A DNA stretch of 64,000 bases from a virus. Each line of letters opens with the position of its first letter. The first letter of the stretch is position 1. Location: positions 21,332 to 85,331 of the IMG/VR virus record IMGVR_UViG_3300023174_000123; one strand, given 5' to 3'. Positions 48,984 through 59,010 of the stretch are shown here, piece after piece. Position numbers and translations under genes: made by a program. The notes beneath the pieces were generated by a model. That model did no database searches and was not told where the DNA came from. It saw only the letters and a list, made by a program, of their open reading frames with translations.

Positions 48984-49330
48984 TGTTGATACGTGAGTTT
49001 TTAGATACAAAAGTTGCTCCTGACGCAGACAAAGCAGCGGCCATTACCAAGTTTCTAATTGGGCGTGCCAAAGACGAAAGTGCTCGCAAACAAATGAGTC
49101 AAGATGCTTATATCCAGGCTCTAAAAAGTGTGGGCGTAGAAGTCACTCCGGAAAACTTAGGTGACATGGTCAACCAAGAACCTCTCAAAAACTTGTTAGA
49201 ACCTGTTGAACCCAACTCGGGCGTGGTGCGATTCAAAGGTGATACCGATGTTGCCACGGGCATGAGTGTGGATCAGGCCCGTGCCGTGGTAGATTCCAAC
49301 GCCAAAGCAGCAATGAAACGTCGTCAGTGA
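48983..49330 (+). CDS. Hypothetical protein (MLIREF)
   Basis: TAATG overlap. Confidence 0.65.
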   Translation: MLIREFLDTKVAPDADKAAAITKFLIGRAKDESARKQMSQDAYIQALKSVGVEVTPENLGDMVNQEPLKNLLEPVEPNSGVVRFKGDTDVATGMSVDQARAVVDSNAKAAMKRRQ

Positions 49331-50226
49331 TCAAACACAAATTTTCAAAAATTGAGTTTTATGTGACCAATGTGTGTAACCTTACCTGTGAAGGTTGCAA
49401 TCGTTTCAACAACTACAATTTCGCTGGCTGGCAACGTTGGGCAGATTACGAAGCCGACTATGAGAAATGGTCCGAGTATGTGGACATTGATCACATGGTG
49501 TTGCTGGGCGGCGAACCCTTGTTAAATCCTGACATCATAGATTGGATCTATGGACTCAATCGTATATTTCAAACCAATGTGCAGATACTGTCAAATGGCA
49601 CACGCCTAAACAACGTAAAAGGACTTTACGAAGCGTTACAGTCCAATGGCAATTGGATGGGTATCAGTTGGCACAACCCCAATACCATTGATGAATTTGA
49701 AACTGAAGTCCACAAGTTCCTTCAAGGCAAAATTACAAAAGTAGACAAAGATGATCCCCGCAACGAGTTTGGTTCGCATATTGCCTGGATAGATGAGAAC
49801 AAAGTTGCTATTCCGCTGTGGATACAATATGATTTCTACGACAGTGCAATCAAACGTGACCCGGCCGGCAAGTTCACACTTCACAACAGCAGACCCGAAG
49901 TGGCACACAATAGTTGCGGATTCCACAGACATAAGAACTATCATATGATCAAAGGACGGCTGTATAAATGTGGGCCAGCGGCACTGTTTCCAGAGTTTGA
50001 TAAACAACACGGATTTGATATCTCAGACAAAGACAGAGTTATTTTGAATTCCTACCGACCTTTGTCACCCTATGAATATACACAACGAGGCCAGGATTTT
50101 TTGTCTACCATTGACGATCAATTAGAAATGTGTAAATTTTGTCCAGAAAGTTTAGACTACAAAAACAGATTATTTGCTGTCAGCAAAAAAGAAGCCCGAA
50201 AACAATATACCCTGGAACCGGTTTAG
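49327..50226 (+). CDS. Radical SAM enzyme
   Basis: CNLTCEGC, LLGGEPLL, SNG, C-terminal Cys (C..G.LYKC, CKFC). Confidence 0.85.
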   Translation: MIKHKFSKIEFYVTNVCNLTCEGCNRFNNYNFAGWQRWADYEADYEKWSEYVDIDHMVLLGGEPLLNPDIIDWIYGLNRIFQTNVQILSNGTRLNNVKGLYEALQSNGNWMGISWHNPNTIDEFETEVHKFLQGKITKVDKDDPRNEFGSHIAWIDENKVAIPLWIQYDFYDSAIKRDPAGKFTLHNSRPEVAHNSCGFHRHKNYHMIKGRLYKCGPAALFPEFDKQHGFDISDKDRVILNSYRPLSPYEYTQRGQDFLSTIDDQLEMCKFCPESLDYKNRLFAVSKKEARKQYTLEPV

Positions 50227-50281
50227 TCAAAACTGTTGTAAATACTTACATATAGTGTTATAATTTCACTAGGAGAGTCAA

Positions 50282-50665
50282 ATGGCCTATTCAGAAAAAG
50301 TAATCGATCACTACGAAAATCCCAGAAACGTAGGCAAGATGGACGTAGGTGATGTCAATGTAGGCACTGGCATGGTTGGAGCTCCGGCCTGCGGTGATGT
50401 AATGAAATTACAAATTCGAGTTGAAGATGGAATCATTCAAGATGCAAAATTTAAAACATACGGGTGCGGGTCGGCGATTGCGAGTAGTAGTCTCGTCACG
50501 GAGTGGGTCAAGGGTAAAACGCTGGACGAGGCTGGCGCAATTAAGAATGCTGAAATTGCACAGGAACTCGCGCTCCCGCCAGTTAAGATTCATTGTTCGA
50601 TCCTTGCGGAAGACGCTATTAAGGCGGCCATAGAAGATTACAAAAAGAAACACCCCAATGATTAA
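50282..50665 (+). CDS. iscU: Fe-S cluster scaffold IscU
   Basis: MAYSEKVIDHYENPRNVG, APACGD, GCGSAIASSS, LPPVKIHC. Confidence 0.97.
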   Translation: MAYSEKVIDHYENPRNVGKMDVGDVNVGTGMVGAPACGDVMKLQIRVEDGIIQDAKFKTYGCGSAIASSSLVTEWVKGKTLDEAGAIKNAEIAQELALPPVKIHCSILAEDAIKAAIEDYKKKHPND

Positions 50666-50978
50666 TGTGACCCCTAGAGCCGCCAGCAAGATTCTCAGCA
50701 GTTTAGATCGACGCGGAGCTGGCATTGGCATACGATTGGGCACTAGAACTACAGGTTGCTCGGGTTTGGCCTATGTGCTGGAATATGTAGACAATCCCGA
50801 CAGCACAGATTATGTATTTGATAGTGATGGGTTCAAGATAGTGGTTGATCCCAAGAGCTTGCCTATCCTGGATGGCTTGATCATTGACTGGATACGTAAT
50901 GGTCTAAATGAAGGATTTGAATTCTCCAATCCGCAAGAAAAAGACCGCTGTGGTTGCGGGGAAAGTTTCCGAGTCTAA
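50658..50978 (+). CDS. iscA: A-type Fe-S carrier IscA
   Basis: TGCSGLAY, F.NP...CGCGESF. Confidence 0.95.
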   Translation: MINVTPRAASKILSSLDRRGAGIGIRLGTRTTGCSGLAYVLEYVDNPDSTDYVFDSDGFKIVVDPKSLPILDGLIIDWIRNGLNEGFEFSNPQEKDRCGCGESFRV

Positions 50979-50979
50979 T

Positions 50980-51690
50980 TTGTACAATCCTAAGTTTGAT
51001 TATCAACCCCTGAACAGGGTTACAGAAGACGGACGTAGGCTGTATGACACTCCAGGAGGAAAATTGCCCAGTGTGACCACGGTGTTGGAAAAGACCAAAC
51101 CTGAAGAAAAGAAACAGGCCTTGCAAGAGTGGCGCAACCGAGTAGGGCACGCACAGGCACAGGCTATTACTACGGAGGCTGCTAATCGTGGCACCAGAAT
51201 GCACACTTATCTTGAGCACTATGTCAAAACTGGCGAGCTAAAAGATCAAGGATCAAATCCGTTTGGCTGGGCGTCACATGCCATGGCACAGACTGTGATC
51301 GACGACGGTTTGAAAAATGTGCAGGAATTCTGGGGTGTAGAAATACCTTTATATTTCCCCAAACTGTATGCCGGGACTTCAGACGGTGCTGGTTTGCACA
51401 TGAACGAAGAAAGTATCCTGGACTACAAACAGACCAATAAACCCAAACGCAGAGAGTGGATTGAAGATTATTTCCTACAGTTGGCAGCCTATGCCTTGGC
51501 ACACAACGAAGTCTACGGAACCAACATACGCAAGGGCGTGGTCTTGATGTGTGTGAAACCACCGGTGGACTCACAGGGACGTCCTACAGCACGTCCAGAA
51601 TATCAAGAATTTGTGCTGGAAAACGCCGAATTTGACCACTGGGCTGATGCCTGGTGGCGTAGACTTGAGCAGTACTATCTACTAGTCTAA
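50980..51690 (+). CDS. PD-(D/E)XK exonuclease (phage Cas4-like)
   Basis: PSVTTVL, RGT.MH, YAGTSD, DYK, Y.LQLAAYA; probable TTG start at 50980. Confidence 0.85.
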   Translation: MYNPKFDYQPLNRVTEDGRRLYDTPGGKLPSVTTVLEKTKPEEKKQALQEWRNRVGHAQAQAITTEAANRGTRMHTYLEHYVKTGELKDQGSNPFGWASHAMAQTVIDDGLKNVQEFWGVEIPLYFPKLYAGTSDGAGLHMNEESILDYKQTNKPKRREWIEDYFLQLAAYALAHNEVYGTNIRKGVVLMCVKPPVDSQGRPTARPEYQEFVLENAEFDHWADAWWRRLEQYYLLV

Positions 51691-51728
51691 ACCAGCTAAA
51701 TACTGGATAGAATTCAAGGACAACTCAA

Positions 51729-53312
51729 GTGGCCATTGTACAAATATCGCAAATCACAAACCGCAAGGGTTTGGCAGAAAATTTACCACAACTAGCTGGT
51801 GCCGAACTAGGTTGGAGCACTGACACACGCCAATTATACATAGGCAACGGCACTCTTGAAGAAGGTGCCCCAGTGGTAGGCAACACCGAAATCCTGACAG
51901 AATTTTCAGATATTCTAAACTTGTCCACAACCTACACATACAAAGGTGAAGTTGCTGGTTATACAGTGCAAACTGGTCCTACCGCAGGCACACCAGTCAC
52001 TCTGAGCCTACAACAATGGTTGGATCAATTTGCCAGCGTGTTGGATTTTGGTGCAGTAGGCGACGGGTTGACTGATGATACAGATGCTATTAACCGTGCC
52101 TTGTTTCAATTGTTTTGCAGAGAAGCCAACCCACAGATCCGCAGGAGTTTGTTCTTCCCTGCCGGTGTTTATCGTGTGACTCAAAGCATAAACATTCCGC
52201 CCTATGCTACCTTGTGGGGCGAAGGTATAGAAAATTCTATTATACAGTTGGACATCGGCGATGACAGTACCTTGCATGAGTGTGTGGCCCGTTCTGCAGA
52301 CAGTTTACAACAGGTAGGGGTCAACATTGGGTCTGGGGGTGCAACTCCGCCAACCAATGTAACCATAGTCAACATGGGCTTTAGAAGTCTTGATCCCACC
52401 GTGGATGTGTTTATAGTTGAATGCGCAACAAATTACAAGTTCAGCAACGTGAGTTTCGCAGGACCATTGACCACGGCTGATTTGACTTCTTCTGCTGCTA
52501 ACACACAAGCAATCGCTTTCCGGTCCACAGTGGCCTATGTCTGCGATCAGATAGTGTTTGATGGTTGCAAATTTTTTGGCGCCACCTACGGAACCAACGC
52601 CGCCGAGGAAATGCGGTCTGCCACTTTTACCAATGGTCAATTTGATACCTTGTATCAAGGTATAGTTGTCAATGGTAGTATTACAGGAATGCGCATAACG
52701 GGCAATCAATTTGACAACATCTATGCCGAAGGAATCATATTTGGATCTGTCGGCCTTAATGCATCCGGTCACAATATCTTTTATGATGTAGGCAATCACT
52801 TTGGAGGCCCGACCAATCCTAATAGACCAATCATCAGTATTCAAAGCAACAACAATGTCAGTATCAGTGACATGTTTGAACGTGCTGATGCATTTGCCAC
52901 GGTCTGGCCTAGAGTAGACTTGACTGAAACTCAAAGCATTGCCACGGTCAATGGTCGATCCTTGTCTTTGGGATCGTTTACCACACAATCTGCCGAGAGT
53001 GCCAATTTAAATGACAGCGAAAGCAGTCCTGTACCAATTTTTGTCATGCCTGTTGTGGTTGGCAATCTAGTTGTTCGATATACGTTACAGGGCGGTAGCG
53101 GAGGTGGTGCCAATCGCACTGGTACGTTGACTATAGCCAGCAACAGCGTGTCAGGAGTCAGTTATACTGATGACTACACAGAAAACGCTGTCACAGCCAT
53201 TAATTTCAGTGTCACCGAGTCCAGTGGTATTATCACTGTTAGTTATACCTCTGGGCCCTATGGTGCCATCATGCGGTATTCAATTTCATACATTAGCTCG
53301 TTTATATCTTGA
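51729..53312 (+). CDS. Tail spike/fibre with pectate-lyase-3 beta-helix
   Basis: N-terminal ELGW..D.RQLYIG; SVLDFGAVGDG.TDDT.AI, FPAG.Y; parallel beta-helix pattern. Confidence 0.8.
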   Translation: MAIVQISQITNRKGLAENLPQLAGAELGWSTDTRQLYIGNGTLEEGAPVVGNTEILTEFSDILNLSTTYTYKGEVAGYTVQTGPTAGTPVTLSLQQWLDQFASVLDFGAVGDGLTDDTDAINRALFQLFCREANPQIRRSLFFPAGVYRVTQSINIPPYATLWGEGIENSIIQLDIGDDSTLHECVARSADSLQQVGVNIGSGGATPPTNVTIVNMGFRSLDPTVDVFIVECATNYKFSNVSFAGPLTTADLTSSAANTQAIAFRSTVAYVCDQIVFDGCKFFGATYGTNAAEEMRSATFTNGQFDTLYQGIVVNGSITGMRITGNQFDNIYAEGIIFGSVGLNASGHNIFYDVGNHFGGPTNPNRPIISIQSNNNVSISDMFERADAFATVWPRVDLTETQSIATVNGRSLSLGSFTTQSAESANLNDSESSPVPIFVMPVVVGNLVVRYTLQGGSGGGANRTGTLTIASNSVSGVSYTDDYTENAVTAINFSVTESSGIITVSYTSGPYGAIMRYSISYISSFIS

Positions 53313-53725
53313 TGTGGCCTCAAACTTTTAGTGGTCGGCTGACCAGCTGGAATCTCCTACGAGACCAGTGCCAAAATCTTCCAGCAGAATCTGCTTTGAC
53401 CGAAATTAATCGCTGGTGGTTTAGGGCACCCTGGCGTCCATATTATCTGCATTGGGATGATTTGTCCAATTGGCCAGATCCTTGGCAACTTTTGAACGAT
53501 GACGTCTATTGCGAAGTTGCACGAGGTCTAGGAATCCTGTATACTATAACTTTGCTTGACCGTGCAGACTTGGCACCTGCCGACTTGGTTTTAACACAAG
53601 ATGGTGCTAATTTAGTACAGGTAGGAAAAGAAAAATATATACTTAATTGGGAACTCAACACTGTTGTAAATACCAACCTAGAGTTTCAAATACATCGGCG
53701 GTACCAGCAACAACAAATAGCATAG
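53312..53725 (+). CDS. Hypothetical protein, weakly transglutaminase-like
   Basis: WPDPWQLL....YCE..RGL...YT. Confidence 0.5.
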   Translation: MWPQTFSGRLTSWNLLRDQCQNLPAESALTEINRWWFRAPWRPYYLHWDDLSNWPDPWQLLNDDVYCEVARGLGILYTITLLDRADLAPADLVLTQDGANLVQVGKEKYILNWELNTVVNTNLEFQIHRRYQQQQIA

Positions 53726-53754
53726 CAGTAAACAATTTAAACGAACGAGAAGAA

Positions 53755-56082
53755 ATGACGCAGATCACAGTTGTAAAAAGAAGCGGCGTGAAAGAGCCAC
53801 TATACATTGAGAAATGGCAAGCACAGGTCGCCAAAGTATGTCAAGGGATTGCAGATGTAAGTCAATCCATGGTGGAAATCAAAGCACAGTTGCATTTTTA
53901 TGATGGCATTACTACTCAAGAGATCGATGGTATCACCTTGCGTGCCATTGTGGATCTCATTGATGTGGAGGCCAACCCAGATGTAGGTCACACCAACTAT
54001 CAGTTTGTGGCTGGCAAACAAAGATTATCAATGTTGCGCAAAGATGTGTACGGAAGTTATCAGCCTCCGCATCTGTATGAGATTGTCAAGCGCAATGTCG
54101 AAGTAGGTTTATACACACCAGAATTGCTGGAATGGTATTCAGAAGAAGACTGGAATCGTATGAACGACATCATCGACCATGAAAAAGATGAGGAATATTC
54201 ATATGCAGCTATTGAACAGCTTATTGAGAAGTATCTTGTACGCAATCGCGCTACGAAGGAGATCTATGAGACTCCACAAGTTAGGTATATGGTCGCGGCC
54301 GCTACGGTCTTTCATAAGGAAGAACCTCAATCGGCACGTATGCGTTTCATCCGCGAGTATTACAACTGTGCGTCAGATGGTCTATTTACTCTTGCTACAC
54401 CTGTGCTGGCTGGTCTTGGCACTCCAACTAAACAGTTTAGTAGTTGTGTTCTTATCCGCAGCGACGACGATCTGGATAGCATATTTGCTAGTGGGGAGAT
54501 GATGGCCAAGTATGCGGCCAAGCGAGCCGGCATTGGCCTGGAAGTTGGCCGTTTACGCCCGCTAGGAGCCGCTATTCGCGGCGGCGAAGTCATGCACACA
54601 GGTATGATACCATTCTTGAAGAAATGGTTTGGTGATTTACGTAGTTGTTCACAAGGAGGTATCCGTAATGCTTCTGCCACTGTATTTTATCCTATTTGGC
54701 ACTATCAGTTTGACGATCTTATTGTGCTTAAAAACAATCAAGGCACCGAGGAAACCCGAGTGCGTCATATGGATTATGGGGTTGTGCTTAATGCCATGTT
54801 CTGGAGAAGATTCAAAAACAAACAAGACATAACATTCTTTGATCCCAACGAAGTGCCTGACCTGTATGAAGCTTTTTACAAAGACACAGCACAATTTGAA
54901 GAGTTATATATCAAGTATGAAAAAAGAAAAGACCTTCGCAAGAAGGTGATCGGTGCCGAAGAAGTTTTCAAAGGCGGCATACTTAAGGAGAGAACTGATA
55001 CAGGTCGTATATACTTGGTGTTTATTGACAATGTCATAGACCAGGGACCCTTTGATCCTGAGCACCATACTATCTATCAGTCAAATTTATGCTGTGAAAT
55101 TCTATTACCTACTAAGCCCTTTCGCCGCCTGGATGACGATGCTGGCCGTATTGCTCTATGCACGTTGGGATCAATCAACTGGGGTGCGTTCCGTAATCCT
55201 GAAGACATGCGTCGGGCTTGCCGCATACTGCAGCGCAGTCTATGTAATATACTGGACTATCAAGATTATTTGAGTATCCAGAGCATGCTGAGTAATCAAG
55301 AGATCCAGCCCTTGGGCATTGGTATTACTAATCTGGCATATTGGCACGCAAAACGTGGTTTGCGGTATGGTGAGAAAGATGCCTTGCAAGAAGTCAAGTC
55401 GTGGATGGAACATCAAGCCTACTACTTGACAGAAGCCACAGTTGAGTTGGCCAAGGAACGTGGACCATGCAGTCACAGCGGACTCACACGCTATGGTCAA
55501 GGAAAATTTCCTTGGGAACTTCGCGCACAGGATGTCAATGAATTGGCCAACTTTAAACCAGAACTGGATTGGGAATCACTGCGTGAGAAGATGAAGATTC
55601 ATGGTGTACGTAATGCCACACTCATGGCCGTGGCTCCGGTTGAGTCGTCATCGGTCGTGATTAACTCAACCAATGGCATCGAAATGCCCATGAGCTTGAT
55701 CACAGTCAAGGAATCAAAAGCAGGAAGTTTGATACAAGTGGCTCCAGAGTACAACAAGTTGAAAAATAGATACCAACTCATGTGGGAACAACGAGATTGT
55801 GCAAATTATTTGAAGACAGCAGCTGTGATTGCTGCCTATGTGGATCAAAGTATCTCAACAAACACGTTCTACAATCCTGCGCACTTTGCTGACCGCAAGG
55901 TGCCCACCACTTTGATCGCCACCAACCTCATGCAGGCACACCGTTGGGGTTTAAAAACTTTTTACTACAGCCTAATCAACAAACAAGGATCCAAAGGTCA
56001 AGACGAAGCACCACAGGTCTTGCACACACAAGAACCCGACAGCGACCTCTTAGAGGAAGATTGTCTAGCATGCAAATTATAA
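53755..56082 (+). CDS. nrdA: Ribonucleotide reductase class Ia alpha subunit with ATP cone
   Basis: VVKRSG ATP cone, ATP, SSCVL, SNLCCE, APVESSS, KTFYY, C-terminal CLAC. Confidence 0.97.
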   Translation: MTQITVVKRSGVKEPLYIEKWQAQVAKVCQGIADVSQSMVEIKAQLHFYDGITTQEIDGITLRAIVDLIDVEANPDVGHTNYQFVAGKQRLSMLRKDVYGSYQPPHLYEIVKRNVEVGLYTPELLEWYSEEDWNRMNDIIDHEKDEEYSYAAIEQLIEKYLVRNRATKEIYETPQVRYMVAAATVFHKEEPQSARMRFIREYYNCASDGLFTLATPVLAGLGTPTKQFSSCVLIRSDDDLDSIFASGEMMAKYAAKRAGIGLEVGRLRPLGAAIRGGEVMHTGMIPFLKKWFGDLRSCSQGGIRNASATVFYPIWHYQFDDLIVLKNNQGTEETRVRHMDYGVVLNAMFWRRFKNKQDITFFDPNEVPDLYEAFYKDTAQFEELYIKYEKRKDLRKKVIGAEEVFKGGILKERTDTGRIYLVFIDNVIDQGPFDPEHHTIYQSNLCCEILLPTKPFRRLDDDAGRIALCTLGSINWGAFRNPEDMRRACRILQRSLCNILDYQDYLSIQSMLSNQEIQPLGIGITNLAYWHAKRGLRYGEKDALQEVKSWMEHQAYYLTEATVELAKERGPCSHSGLTRYGQGKFPWELRAQDVNELANFKPELDWESLREKMKIHGVRNATLMAVAPVESSSVVINSTNGIEMPMSLITVKESKAGSLIQVAPEYNKLKNRYQLMWEQRDCANYLKTAAVIAAYVDQSISTNTFYNPAHFADRKVPTTLIATNLMQAHRWGLKTFYYSLINKQGSKGQDEAPQVLHTQEPDSDLLEEDCLACKL

Positions 56083-56092
56083 AGAGAACAAC

Positions 56093-57193
56093 ATGAGCCA
56101 AGCACAATACAACCTACATACACGAACAGATTACCTACACCGCAAGATGTTTTTAGATCCTGCCGGTCCGGTAACCATTCAACGCTTTGAAGAAGTCAAA
56201 TACAACAAAGTCGTCAAGTTTGAGCAGGAGGCACGCGGTTTCTTTTGGGTGCCAGAAGAAATTAGCCTGACCAAGGATGCCGGAGACTTCAAAGAAGCCA
56301 GCGATACTGTGCGTCATATCTTTACCAGCAACTTATTACGTCAGACTGCCTTGGATAGTTTGCAAGGTCGTGGCCCCACACAGGTCTTCACACCTGTGGT
56401 AAGCATTCCTGAACTAGAAGCACTCATGTACAACTGGGGCTTCTTTGAAACCAACATCCACAGCCGCAGTTACAGCCATATCATACGCAACATCTACAAT
56501 GTGCCCAAAGAAGAATTCAACAAGATACATGACACCGCAGAGATTGTTGAAATGGCATCGACCATTGGACTGTATTACGATCGCCTGCATATGATCAACT
56601 GCCGGAAAGAGTTGCAGGAAGAGTTTGATGAACACGAACACATCAAGGCCATATGGTTGGCACTAAATGCCAGTTACGGTTTAGAAGCATTCCGCTTCAT
56701 GGTCAGTTTTGCCACTAGCCTGGCCATGGTTGAGAATCGCATTTTCATCGGCAACGGCAACATCATCAGTTTGATCCTACAAGACGAGATCCTGCACAAG
56801 GACTGGACTGCCTGGATCATCAACCAAGTGGTCAAAGAAGATCCACGTTTTGCTAGAGCCAAACAGGAATGTGAAGCTGAAGTGTATGCCATGTATCAGG
56901 ATGTGATCCGCGAGGAAAAAGCCTGGGCTGACTACCTGTTCAAAAAAGGGCCAGTGATTGGTCTCAATGCCAACATCCTGCGTGACTTCGTAGACTATAC
57001 CGCAGTTAATGCACTCAAAGATATTGGGGTCAAGTATCAAGGCGTCGCTCCTAAAACCACTCCCATTCCATGGTTCAACAAGCATGTCAACACCAGCAAC
57101 AAACAAACTGCATTACAAGAAAACGAATCAACCAACTATGTAATTGGTGTCATGAGTGATACCATTGACTACAACGCATTACCTAGCTTATAA
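56093..57193 (+). CDS. nrdB: Ribonucleotide reductase class Ia beta subunit
   Basis: FFWVPEE, LDSLQGR, ETNIHSRSY (Tyr radical), LEAFRF, DEILH. Confidence 0.97.
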   Translation: MSQAQYNLHTRTDYLHRKMFLDPAGPVTIQRFEEVKYNKVVKFEQEARGFFWVPEEISLTKDAGDFKEASDTVRHIFTSNLLRQTALDSLQGRGPTQVFTPVVSIPELEALMYNWGFFETNIHSRSYSHIIRNIYNVPKEEFNKIHDTAEIVEMASTIGLYYDRLHMINCRKELQEEFDEHEHIKAIWLALNASYGLEAFRFMVSFATSLAMVENRIFIGNGNIISLILQDEILHKDWTAWIINQVVKEDPRFARAKQECEAEVYAMYQDVIREEKAWADYLFKKGPVIGLNANILRDFVDYTAVNALKDIGVKYQGVAPKTTPIPWFNKHVNTSNKQTALQENESTNYVIGVMSDTIDYNALPSL

Positions 57194-57213
57194 TAACAAT
57201 CAAGGAGACGATT

Positions 57214-57438
57214 ATGAAAGCCATAGTATGGAGCAAAGATGCCTGCCCTTTTTGCGATCAAGCAAAAAACTTGCTCAAGTTAAAAGGCATTGAGTTTGAA
57301 GAACGCAACATCAGCTCAGATTGGACACGTGAGCAACTTTTAGAAGCAGTACCCAATGCCCGCACGGTGCCGCAGATATTTTTAGACGAGCAGTTAATTG
57401 GTGGGTTTACGGAATTACGAAAACATTTTAAAGGATAA
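57214..57438 (+). CDS. Glutaredoxin
   Basis: CPFC, TVPQIF, IGGF. Confidence 0.95.
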   Translation: MKAIVWSKDACPFCDQAKNLLKLKGIEFEERNISSDWTREQLLEAVPNARTVPQIFLDEQLIGGFTELRKHFKG

Positions 57439-57439
57439 C

Positions 57440-57742
57440 ATGAAAGTAGAATTAGATCAGGTTTACACTCTCAAGATCGCCAATGGTGACGAAATAGTAG
57501 CAAAAATCACCGCAGAAGATGATGCAACTTATACCATCAGTCGCCCACTAACCGTGGTTCCGGGGCGAGAAGGCATACAGATGATTTTTGCCTTGTTTAC
57601 TGCAAATCCTGACAAAGCCGTGACTATAAATAAATCACAAGTGAGCCTGATGGCTGTCAGCAGAGATGAAGTGCAAGACAGCTATGTGGAAGCCACAACT
57701 GGGATCAAACCAGTGAGAAACAGCAAAATTTTAATGGGATAA
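57440..57742 (+). CDS. Hypothetical Sm-like/beta-barrel protein
   Basis: KIANGDEIVA..P motif. Confidence 0.6.
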   Translation: MKVELDQVYTLKIANGDEIVAKITAEDDATYTISRPLTVVPGREGIQMIFALFTANPDKAVTINKSQVSLMAVSRDEVQDSYVEATTGIKPVRNSKILMG

Positions 57743-57745
57743 AAA

Positions 57746-58036
57746 ATGCCTGGAGTGCAACGAGTAGGTGATTTAAATTCAAAAGGTGGCGTAGCTCTGG
57801 GTCCCGGTCACAATAATGTGTTGATCAATGGCCGACCCGCACTCAAACCCAACACCCCGTTCACTCCACACATTGGATGCAATCCCAAATTCCCTATACA
57901 CTGTGCTGGGGTAGTAGGTGTAGTGGGCGGATCGTCTTCAGTTCGTGCCAATGGTATACCCTTGGTGCTAACTGGTGACAAAGATAGTTGTCGTGATTCT
58001 CGATCTGGTGGTAGTTTCAACGTGCGGGCACGATAA
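57746..58036 (+). CDS. PAAR-domain spike tip protein (gp5.4-like)
   Basis: RVGD, VLINGRPA, His/Cys ligands, V.ANG.P, GD..SC....GS.NV. Confidence 0.85.
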   Translation: MPGVQRVGDLNSKGGVALGPGHNNVLINGRPALKPNTPFTPHIGCNPKFPIHCAGVVGVVGGSSSVRANGIPLVLTGDKDSCRDSRSGGSFNVRAR

Positions 58037-59010
58037 TGGCAGTGATAGGCACCCTTAGCAGCGTTAATCTCATTGCCGGTGCAGGCATTCTGGGCAACGT
58101 GGGCGGAGTTCCTATCACAGCCAATGGTGATCTCAGCAACGCCATTTCCTCCTATACATCTGTGTCTGTAGTATCAAGATTTGCTAATATTACACAGTCT
58201 GGATATGTCAATCAAAACGTTGTGGCCAACATATTTCCTGCTTTGACTAATGCAGTACCTTTGGCTTATCAAGGTAATTTAGGCTCGGCTACTTTGACTT
58301 CTACTGTGCTGGCAGAAGTCAACAATATATTAGGCAATGGCGATCTGGGGAAATTTCAACAGGTGTTATCTTCGGCTCAAGGATATGTAAATCAGAATAA
58401 CCGCTTGATCAAAACCACACTCAATGCCACAAATGTCAACAACGTCTTAGGTTTTACCTCACAAGATAATCTCAGCACCGGTGGCATCAGTGGTATCAGT
58501 CAAGCCTTTTCTGCATTTGGTCTTGATTTAGCACAGCTAGGACTGTTGATAGATTTAAATAATCTAAATAGTCTAGGTAGCCCCGCGGCCTTATTGAGAC
58601 AGATTGGAGTCATAGCCAGCACTACACCGGCCTTGAACACTGCCTTGTTGCAAGCGGGGTTACCAGCCGATCTAGTAGAAAATTCCGTCAATGCTGAATT
58701 CAGTGAACGACAAGAAAAAACTATCTACGAAGTCATGACACGGATCAGTGGAGTAGAGCTACAACAGATATTGAATATTTTGAGAGTTACCACCCCAAAT
58801 TTAACCACCATGGCGGACTTGTTAAATCCAGTCAAAATTTTTCCGCGTAGTTTCAATACCTTGACAGCTCCTACTGCCAATGGCTTGCGGGGAATATATA
58901 TCAACGAAGCCGGGGCCGTAAACAGCCGACTAGAAACCGAGTTACCACCTAGTGTGTTGGTGCCACTTACAGGCAATCCTTTGCAAAATATTCCTAAACC
59001 AACAGTATGA
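58036..59010 (+). CDS. Hypothetical virion (baseplate/tail) protein
   Basis: Follows PAAR; Asn/Ser/Leu-rich; MADLLNPVKIFP. Confidence 0.6.
   Translation: MAVIGTLSSVNLIAGAGILGNVGGVPITANGDLSNAISSYTSVSVVSRFANITQSGYVNQNVVANIFPALTNAVPLAYQGNLGSATLTSTVLAEVNNILGNGDLGKFQQVLSSAQGYVNQNNRLIKTTLNATNVNNVLGFTSQDNLSTGGISGISQAFSAFGLDLAQLGLLIDLNNLNSLGSPAALLRQIGVIASTTPALNTALLQAGLPADLVENSVNAEFSERQEKTIYEVMTRISGVELQQILNILRVTTPNLTTMADLLNPVKIFPRSFNTLTAPTANGLRGIYINEAGAVNSRLETELPPSVLVPLTGNPLQNIPKPTV

Noticed and set aside
50980-51690. Cas4-like nuclease as evidence of CRISPR-Cas
   Set aside because: No repeat-spacer array or other cas genes seen; stand-alone PD-(D/E)XK exonucleases are common in T4-like phages.
13118-57193. 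Inteins or introns in terminase, UvsX, UvsW, helicase, NrdA and NrdB
   Set aside because: Lengths are normal and motifs contiguous; no Cys..His-Asn splice blocks or LAGLIDADG/HNH inserts recognised.
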